DNA of 64,000 nt from IMG/VR virus record IMGVR_UViG_3300022925_000006; one strand, written 5' to 3'. Below are positions 9,301 to 15,834 of the stretch, one piece after another (position 1 is the stretch's first letter; every line of letters begins with the position of its first letter). The DNA comes from a virus. Both the position numbers and the translations under genes were made by a program. The notes under the pieces were generated by a model that worked only from the letters and a program-made list of their open reading frames with translations, did not search any database and had not been told where the DNA came from.

Positions 9301-11549
9301 AACTTCCAATCTTCAATGGTTGGAGAGGTGTTGCTGATTGGAACTGGCGTGGTGTACCACTTGCTACAAACAGACAGTCAGACGGTGTTGCTAGAGGTGG
9401 TGTTACAACTAACAGAGACCGTGCAGGAACCACAACGACCCGTTCATTTTCGCAACGTGTTGTTGTTGGAACAAGAACTGTTCGTAAAGTAGTTGGTGAT
9501 AAAACAGTATCTCTGACATTCTTACCATTTATCCGTTCACGTAAAGTGTTCTTCCGTGCAGAAGGACTCCGACCTAATACACAATTCTTCCCATTCTTTG
9601 ATGGTAAACTAGTATCGAATTTCTGTCGTGAAGAGTCTTTCGAAAGATTTTCGTTAGGTGGAACTTCAGGAATCTATTATGGTAACAGATTCCGCAATTC
9701 TAGTTCGCACCCACAGGGTTCGAGTAACTTAGAATCAAATGCAAATGGTGTGATTGAAGGTTCATTCTTCATCCCATCTTCAACTACTAATCGTTTCCGT
9801 ACAGGTACTCGTGAGTTTAAACTACTTGATATCAGTATCAACAATGATGCAGCTGCATTGTCTCATGCATCAATTAACTATGTTGCACAAGGTACATTAG
9901 ATACAAGACAGAAGACCATTACCTCTACTCGTATCACTCAGAAGAGAACCCGTAAGTGGACAGAAACTACTCGTGTCCGTAACCGTGACCCACTTGCTCA
10001 GTCATTTACTGTCACAAAACCTTCAGGTATGTTTGTAACTAAAGTTCAGTGTTACTTTAAGAGTAAGGATTCCAGTGTTCCTGTTGAACTACAGATTCGT
10101 CCTATGGTCAATGGTGTCCCGTCTGCAACTGATATTATCGGTAATGCGATTAAATTCCTGTCACCGTCACAAGTTAACTTACCAGCATCACAGACACAGG
10201 CTGCGGTACTTGCCGCTCCTACTACGTTTGAGTTTGATGAACCAATCTATCTGAATCCCGAAACGGATTATGCAATTGTTCTACTTGCGGAGTCGGTTGA
10301 GTATGAAGCCTATGTTGCTGAGACCTATGCGTTTGAACTAGGTTCTACCGAGAAACGTGTATCACGACAACCTTCAATGGGTTCACTCTTCAAGTCACAA
10401 AATGGTAAGACTTGGGAACCAGACCAAACAAAAGACTTGTCGTTCAAGATTTTCCAAGCAGAGTTTGATACTGCTGGAGGTTATGCGATATTTGAGAACC
10501 GTGACGTAGAAGATGAGGTTTTAGAAAACAATCCATTCTTCATGAACAATGCGGACGCAACCGTTACTATGTTGTTCCCAAATCATGGTTATGATGTTAA
10601 TGATACAGTAACTATTGCTGGATTGGATAGTGCAACAACTTATAACGGTATTCTTGGAACTAGTCTCCTTGGTAGCCGAACAGTTACCGCAATTGATGGA
10701 TTTGGTCTAAGATTTGAAGCTGATAGTGCTGCAACATCTTCGGGTAGATTTGGTGGAACAGATATCATAGTTGACCAACAAGTTCAATTTGATATTGCAA
10801 CACCAAACTTTACCACAATGCAACCAGACGATACAAGTTTATCCTTTGGTGCTAAGTTTACTACAGGTAAATCTCTGGCAGCTGTTGCTGGTCAACAGAC
10901 TCGTTATCAGAAAGATGCGACATATAGTGCCGATATTGTGGTGGGTGAAGAGAACTTCTTTACTGCACCAAGACTTGTTGCGAAAGCCTCAAATGAAACT
11001 ACGGAACTGGGTTCTGGTGTTCGTTCAACAACCTTTAAGATTGATATGGGAACGGTTCGTTCGGATGTATCTCCTGTTATTGATGCACAAAGAGCGTCTC
11101 TTACTACCACGTCAAACTTGATTGATAATCAAGTCTCATCTGCTGCTAATGGATATAATGTTCCATTAACATATACGGACGAGACAACACCGTTTGGCGG
11201 TTCCGCTTTGGCTAAACATATCACCTCGGTGAATGAACTTGAAGCAGATGCTGTTGGTATGAAAGTACTGGTATCTGCACTAAGACCATCTAATGCTGAC
11301 TTTGATTTATATTTCAGAGTTGCGAATGATGGTGAAAATATCTTTGATAAGGATTGGACACTTCAATCAACAGAAACAACTATTGCACCAGACCCTAATA
11401 ACTATCGTGAATATCGTTACTTGATTGGTGGTGATGGTGGTGATGTTGACCCGTTCACTCAATATCAATTTAAAATTGTGATGCGTTCAAATAACTCATC
11501 TAAGATTCCTGTCTTCAAAGACTTCCGAGCAATTGCGTTGGCAGTATAA
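6348..11549 (+). CDS. Large virion structural protein (DUF4815/VrlC-like)
   Basis: YHRILFNSGRALQARELTQLQTI, PGADRY, RFTMKDI, KSGFFVDNF and DPLAQSF motifs typical of marine T4-like phages. Confidence 0.85.
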   Translation: MPKTFTSNVFNSSYKDDFKDSDNYHRILFNSGRALQARELTQLQTIIQEEIGRFGRNVFTEGAAVNPGGPSINNDYEFIKLNTSVNTLPSDLTTLVGTEFTGQTSTVKARVLEVLVASGSDPATLYVQYTNTSGATAGENTIRMGAGEDISNGTDTLTVQSTNTVNNPAVGRGCQISSAEGDFFTRGHFVFNGKQSLILSKYSRYPTKVVGFKVTEDIVTVTDTNTLYDNQGATPNLSSPGADRYRIKLTLTTKDQIVSDENFVYYCDVADGLIVDEAKGESNYNAINKLLATRTEEESGNYIVEPFTVDFGDSANDFLASVSDGTAYVNGYRADAPKPTPLIIAKPRQTETLTNEVAGITYGQYFICDTLEGNLNVSAFATLNLRSTASYGGSTIGTARVRYVEEDGANYRVYLFDIKMNSGQSLRNVKSLGTGAADFANPILENSKAVIKESTKTTLVYPLPNPRPRTISDVDFEVQRIRTGTSSGSGSLTLSLSATGETFVNTSQWIVTRNDTGAVVSPSGITGTGTQSTTISGLPNSTAVTVYLKVNKAQPSVRQKTLVETTFSGAVESDGTGTKFVNLHATDVYDVLSIKQTDSSGSDISYLFTVDDGQRAGFYDNARLVLEGGATAPAGSVFTRFKHFTHGAGDYFAVNSYTGQVAYENIPNFQIGPRSSINLRDVIDFRSSVDSDGLFAGGDAAFNEIPTNGDIFQGDVEYYVPRADKIVITTQGDIKNIKGEPGFTSQVPFTPENTLPLFELELNPYGLSDSDIVVTPIEAKRFTMKDISQIEKRIDKLEEVTSLSLLEVDTSALLVLDSSGNPRSKSGFFVDNFKDRSFSDAQNSEYRAAIDPSRNFLAPQTIEDNVGLIYDSALSSNTILKGDTIFLNYAHKEAITQPVVSGTENVNPFAVITGEGNITLSPASDEWQQTKYKPANVINKTAEEDLGTINEGNLAVGTAVRRGVANEFVWSGRPFAPIGGFGFMQLPIFNGWRGVADWNWRGVPLATNRQSDGVARGGVTTNRDRAGTTTTRSFSQRVVVGTRTVRKVVGDKTVSLTFLPFIRSRKVFFRAEGLRPNTQFFPFFDGKLVSNFCREESFERFSLGGTSGIYYGNRFRNSSSHPQGSSNLESNANGVIEGSFFIPSSTTNRFRTGTREFKLLDISINNDAAALSHASINYVAQGTLDTRQKTITSTRITQKRTRKWTETTRVRNRDPLAQSFTVTKPSGMFVTKVQCYFKSKDSSVPVELQIRPMVNGVPSATDIIGNAIKFLSPSQVNLPASQTQAAVLAAPTTFEFDEPIYLNPETDYAIVLLAESVEYEAYVAETYAFELGSTEKRVSRQPSMGSLFKSQNGKTWEPDQTKDLSFKIFQAEFDTAGGYAIFENRDVEDEVLENNPFFMNNADATVTMLFPNHGYDVNDTVTIAGLDSATTYNGILGTSLLGSRTVTAIDGFGLRFEADSAATSSGRFGGTDIIVDQQVQFDIATPNFTTMQPDDTSLSFGAKFTTGKSLAAVAGQQTRYQKDATYSADIVVGEENFFTAPRLVAKASNETTELGSGVRSTTFKIDMGTVRSDVSPVIDAQRASLTTTSNLIDNQVSSAANGYNVPLTYTDETTPFGGSALAKHITSVNELEADAVGMKVLVSALRPSNADFDLYFRVANDGENIFDKDWTLQSTETTIAPDPNNYREYRYLIGGDGGDVDPFTQYQFKIVMRSNNSSKIPVFKDFRAIALAV

Positions 11550-11755
11550 TGAGTAGGTATATAATGGTAGACGGAAGTTCTAGTTTGGCAAGAGACCCAA
11601 GAACTGGTGCCATAGTTAATATAAATAAAGATGAGATTAACAAAGCACGAGATGCTAAACAACGAAGAAAGAATAAAGATAGAGAGTTTGACGAATTAAA
11701 GAATGAAGTCGGTGAGATAAAAGAACTCCTCAATAAACTAGTAGAGAAACTGTAA
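11549..11755 (+). CDS. Small conserved coiled-coil protein
   Basis: LARDPRTGAIVN followed by a coiled-coil tail; translationally coupled on both sides. Confidence 0.7.
   Translation: MSRYIMVDGSSSLARDPRTGAIVNINKDEINKARDAKQRRKNKDREFDELKNEVGEIKELLNKLVEKL
11620..11627 (+). promoter_or_regulatory. T4-type late promoter TATAAATA inside a gene, upstream of the fibre module
   Basis: Exact consensus ~130 nt upstream of the 11755 ORF. Confidence 0.5.
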
Positions 11756-13242
11756 TGGCAACAAATCAACCGACAATTACAACGATTCAGGATACGTTCA
11801 CTACGTTGGTGACCAATACCAATACAGTGTCCTTAGACTTAGGTGCGACTGGTAGACTAAACACTAATCAAGATTCTAGTGCGGTCGCAGCTATTAACGA
11901 ACTTGAATTAGGAATTCGTGGTACTTCTAATAATCTAGTCTTAACTGACCTTGCAGACTTTAGTGCTGATAACATCGTATCTGCACTGCATGAACTCGAC
12001 AGTGACCTTCATGGCGCTGGTGGTGGTAATGCTAAGGCTGACTTAACCACTAATGCGAATGATATCGTATCAGGTATTAATGAACTAGAAGTAGGTATCC
12101 GAGGAACATCAAACAATCTGGTCGCAACTGACCTTACAACTATTGCAAATAACCTTGTGTCGGGTGTTAACGAACTTGATAGTGATATCGGTGCGAGACC
12201 CCATACTAATCTTACGACAATTGCAAAAAATCTAACTGCTGCTGCAAATGAGTTGGATAGTGATATTGGCGCAAGACCACACACAACACTAACAACATCT
12301 GCAAAGAATCTGACAGCTGCAATCAATGAACATGATGCAGAGTTAGGTATAATCACTTCAGGTGCAATGGGAACAATCGCATCTACAGTAAGTGGTGCGA
12401 TTGCGGAACTGGATAGTGACCGTGACGTTCTTATTACTTTTGTTGAACCTAAACAGGCAATCAATACAACTGCAACAACTGTTGCTGACGCAATCAATGA
12501 ACTTGATAGTGATATTGGTGCGAGACCCCATACTAACCTAACAACCAGTGCATCAAATCTTACATCTGCGGTTAATGAACTTGATGCGGAACTAGGAACA
12601 ATTACTGCTGTTGCGATGGGCACTACCGCATCAACTGTATCTGGTGCAGTCTTTGAATTAGAACAAGAGATTGATACTCTTAATACCGCAGTTGAACCTA
12701 CTCAAGTATTAACAACAACTGCAAACTCACACGCAGACGCAATCAATGAGTTGGATAGTGATATTGGTGCGAGACCACACACTAATCTAACAACCACTGC
12801 CAAGACTCTGACGGGTGCTATCAACGAACACGATACAGAGATTGGTGCTGCTGCATTAAATACTTCTGCAACAACTCTACGTGGTGCAATTAACGAACTA
12901 CATACTGAAGTAGGGGACGCAATAAGTGGTGATAATCTTACTACAGGTAATATTGGTTCGTCTTTAAACTTACTAGATAGTGCAGTAGGTGATTTAGGTA
13001 TTCTTAACAGTGACGGTTCTATTGCAAATAGAACTAATCTGGTTAGAGCAATCAACTCTCTTGCGGACGATATCCTCCTCTTGGATTCGGATTCAACGTT
13101 ACAGAGTGCAAGACTGGGTTCATTGAATGATTTAGACGTAGCTTTTGTTGGTGCAGAAAGAGATAATTTTGTTGCAGCTTTAAATGCATTACGAGCGGAT
13201 ATACCACTGATATTTGATGAGAATGGAACACAACTTAATTAA
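11755..13242 (+). CDS. Fibritin/whisker-like repeat fibre protein
   Basis: Many imperfect ~25-aa repeats such as AINELDSDIGARPHTNLTT (segmented coiled coil); located among structural genes. Confidence 0.65.
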   Translation: MATNQPTITTIQDTFTTLVTNTNTVSLDLGATGRLNTNQDSSAVAAINELELGIRGTSNNLVLTDLADFSADNIVSALHELDSDLHGAGGGNAKADLTTNANDIVSGINELEVGIRGTSNNLVATDLTTIANNLVSGVNELDSDIGARPHTNLTTIAKNLTAAANELDSDIGARPHTTLTTSAKNLTAAINEHDAELGIITSGAMGTIASTVSGAIAELDSDRDVLITFVEPKQAINTTATTVADAINELDSDIGARPHTNLTTSASNLTSAVNELDAELGTITAVAMGTTASTVSGAVFELEQEIDTLNTAVEPTQVLTTTANSHADAINELDSDIGARPHTNLTTTAKTLTGAINEHDTEIGAAALNTSATTLRGAINELHTEVGDAISGDNLTTGNIGSSLNLLDSAVGDLGILNSDGSIANRTNLVRAINSLADDILLLDSDSTLQSARLGSLNDLDVAFVGAERDNFVAALNALRADIPLIFDENGTQLN

Positions 13243-13253
13243 TCGGAGAGAAC

Positions 13254-15824
13254 ATGACTGTTCCAGTAAAACTAAAAGACAGTGCTAGTGCCGATTTTGT
13301 TCAGTTCTCATCGACAGAAGAAAATTATTTAGCATACCAAGCGGGTCTACACCTTGCGTCTGGAGATAGTTCAGACGTAGGTTCTCTTGCGTTCAATATT
13401 CATGGGGTTGTTAATACAATCGGTTCCGTGGTTGATACGTCATATGACTCTGCTGTAGGAACAGGCGGTGATGGTTCGTTCTTATCATTCACCACAACTA
13501 CGACTCCGATTAGACAAACCAAAGGAACCATTACTCCTGCTGGAAGTAATAACCGTCTTCCCGTGATGCAGAGGGACAGTGACGGACAAAGAGTTATTCG
13601 TGAGATGAATGATTCTGATGTGAGTGCATTACTCGATAGAGTCGGTTCACGTATCTTTACATCTGACTATCCTGGCTCATATAAACTTTCAACATCAACT
13701 CCGTCTGGTGGATATTCGACAGTCTTATCAAATGTAACGACTGATACTAGAACTGATGGAACATCTATACAATATAATCTGTATAGAAGAACTTCAATGA
13801 CACCACCAACTAAAGTGTTGCCATTTTCTATCAAACGTTCTAGTGGTGATACTGGTACATATCAAGGTCTTCAGTTAATGACTGACGACCAAGTCAAATA
13901 TTCTATTGGTACTCGTTTACAAAACAAGATTGCGGGTACTGATAATTCTGTAGGTTCATATAAGATTTACAGTGCTTCTGCTGGTACTCCAACCAACAAT
14001 GGTTTGTCTGGTACATGGCAATCTAAAGGTACTGCAACAGATACTCGTCAAGATATTGTTGATGCAAACTATACTAGAGGACGTGTATCTACTTACTCTC
14101 GTCTAAGAGAATCTACTTATAGTGCTGCATATAACAGAACAAGAAGTAGTTCCTATGCTAGTACTAATGATGTTACTCGTACCAGTACATACTCAGCAAC
14201 ATATTCCCTACCAAGAACTAGTTCATTCACCACTAATGGTTTCATAGGAAACTACATTGGTAATTATCAAAGAACAACGAGTGGAGTTTATACTCGAAGT
14301 CGTCTGGCTACTCTCGATTATGCTGGTGATTATGTAGGTAACTTTGTAGGTAACTATTCTCGTTTATTAGGATTTACTGGTAACTATTCAGGTGTGGGCG
14401 GAAACTTTCTTAGAGATTCTACCAGAGTATCGACATATGGTAGAACCTCTACTAATACTTTTGTTGGTAATTATAATCGAAGTGTAACTTACCTCGGTAA
14501 TTATACTGGCAATTTCTTGGGCGAATACACTCGTGATAGTCAAAGAGTCCCAGCAGTTGACTTTACTGGCAACTTTGTTGGTAACTATTCACGTAACTTC
14601 CTTCGTACTCGTAATTCTAATTATCAAAGAAACACTTTAATAGACTCTACTAGAACGTCTACCAGAGATTCTCAAAGAACTGATATCGGCAACTTTACTG
14701 GTGATTTCACTGGTAACTATTCACGTAACTTTTCTGGCGCATTTACTAGAAACTCTTTGGACGAAATGGCCTATGTTACTGTTTACTCACGAGGTACAGT
14801 AAAGGCTGGTGACATTACATACTATACTGGTAACTATCTAGGCACCAATCAATATGTTAGACATAGTGTTACGGCAACTGGTACAAGTAGTGCATACTAT
14901 TACAGTAAAGTGAGTCTTGATTATATTTCCAGTGGTGATATATTCTGGCAAGTCCCGATTGCTGATGGTGATAACATTAACACTAAAATATTTAGAGTAT
15001 ACTGGGGAACAAGCGTATTGCCATCTCCTGGCCAAGTAGCGGTTGCTCTAGCTTATTATGACCCCAATGCCGATGGTAACGTATTGACAAGCGGGTTTAA
15101 TCTGACTTATGCTCAGTATGAATTGATAACTGGTTATTATGACCCAGATACTGCAAGTACTGTGGTTCCGACATACGAAGCCTTTATGACAGCGAGTTTA
15201 CTAGATTTTCATACAATGTTGTCGAAGATTACCCGAATAAAGGATGATGCGGATGGATATGAGTATGAAAAAGGAGACTTTCAAGCACTTGATGGTGATG
15301 GTGGACTGGACGGCCAGTTAGATAATGCTCTTTATTCTGTAAGAAGAAGAACACTGACATCTTATGTCGGTAACTTTAGTGGTAACTTCCTTGGTAATTA
15401 CTCCAGAAACTTTGCAAGGGATTTTCTCAGAAACAGTACTAGAACTTCTACTACTAACTTCCTTGGTAACTTTATTGGTGATTTCCTTGGAAACTTTGTT
15501 GGCGACTTTACGGGTGATTATCAAAGAAGTTTTATTGGTGAGTATAGTAGAAACTATCAACGTACTCGTGTGACAGTCTATACTGGACTTGATGGATTCA
15601 CAAATAACTATCTTGGTAACTATATTGGTAATTTCAGTCGAAACTTCACAACAACCTTTATAGGTAACTATTCCAGAAACTTTGTGGGTAATTACATTGG
15701 TAACTATGCACGTAACTTCATTGGAAACTACAATCGAACATTCACAGGCAACTACGCAGGTGCCACTATAGGGGCTACGAATTCAACCATTGAGACTTAT
15801 ACTCTCTATGTAAGAACAGCATAA
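13254..15824 (+). CDS. Tetrapeptide-repeat virion protein A (branched self-complementary hairpin with a globular insert)
   Basis: [FY]xG[ND], YxR[NT] and Rx[ST]x 4-mers; N-terminal ~270 aa and C-terminal YTLYxRTA shared with the next gene. Confidence 0.7.
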   Translation: MTVPVKLKDSASADFVQFSSTEENYLAYQAGLHLASGDSSDVGSLAFNIHGVVNTIGSVVDTSYDSAVGTGGDGSFLSFTTTTTPIRQTKGTITPAGSNNRLPVMQRDSDGQRVIREMNDSDVSALLDRVGSRIFTSDYPGSYKLSTSTPSGGYSTVLSNVTTDTRTDGTSIQYNLYRRTSMTPPTKVLPFSIKRSSGDTGTYQGLQLMTDDQVKYSIGTRLQNKIAGTDNSVGSYKIYSASAGTPTNNGLSGTWQSKGTATDTRQDIVDANYTRGRVSTYSRLRESTYSAAYNRTRSSSYASTNDVTRTSTYSATYSLPRTSSFTTNGFIGNYIGNYQRTTSGVYTRSRLATLDYAGDYVGNFVGNYSRLLGFTGNYSGVGGNFLRDSTRVSTYGRTSTNTFVGNYNRSVTYLGNYTGNFLGEYTRDSQRVPAVDFTGNFVGNYSRNFLRTRNSNYQRNTLIDSTRTSTRDSQRTDIGNFTGDFTGNYSRNFSGAFTRNSLDEMAYVTVYSRGTVKAGDITYYTGNYLGTNQYVRHSVTATGTSSAYYYSKVSLDYISSGDIFWQVPIADGDNINTKIFRVYWGTSVLPSPGQVAVALAYYDPNADGNVLTSGFNLTYAQYELITGYYDPDTASTVVPTYEAFMTASLLDFHTMLSKITRIKDDADGYEYEKGDFQALDGDGGLDGQLDNALYSVRRRTLTSYVGNFSGNFLGNYSRNFARDFLRNSTRTSTTNFLGNFIGDFLGNFVGDFTGDYQRSFIGEYSRNYQRTRVTVYTGLDGFTNNYLGNYIGNFSRNFTTTFIGNYSRNFVGNYIGNYARNFIGNYNRTFTGNYAGATIGATNSTIETYTLYVRTA

Positions 15825-15834
15825 ATAGGTTGAT

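Noticed and set aside
11900-12900. Recurrent gatagtgatattggtgcgagacc repeats resembling a CRISPR array
   Set aside because: They are in-frame coding repeats (DSDIGARPH) with wobble variation and irregular spacing; no cas genes are present.
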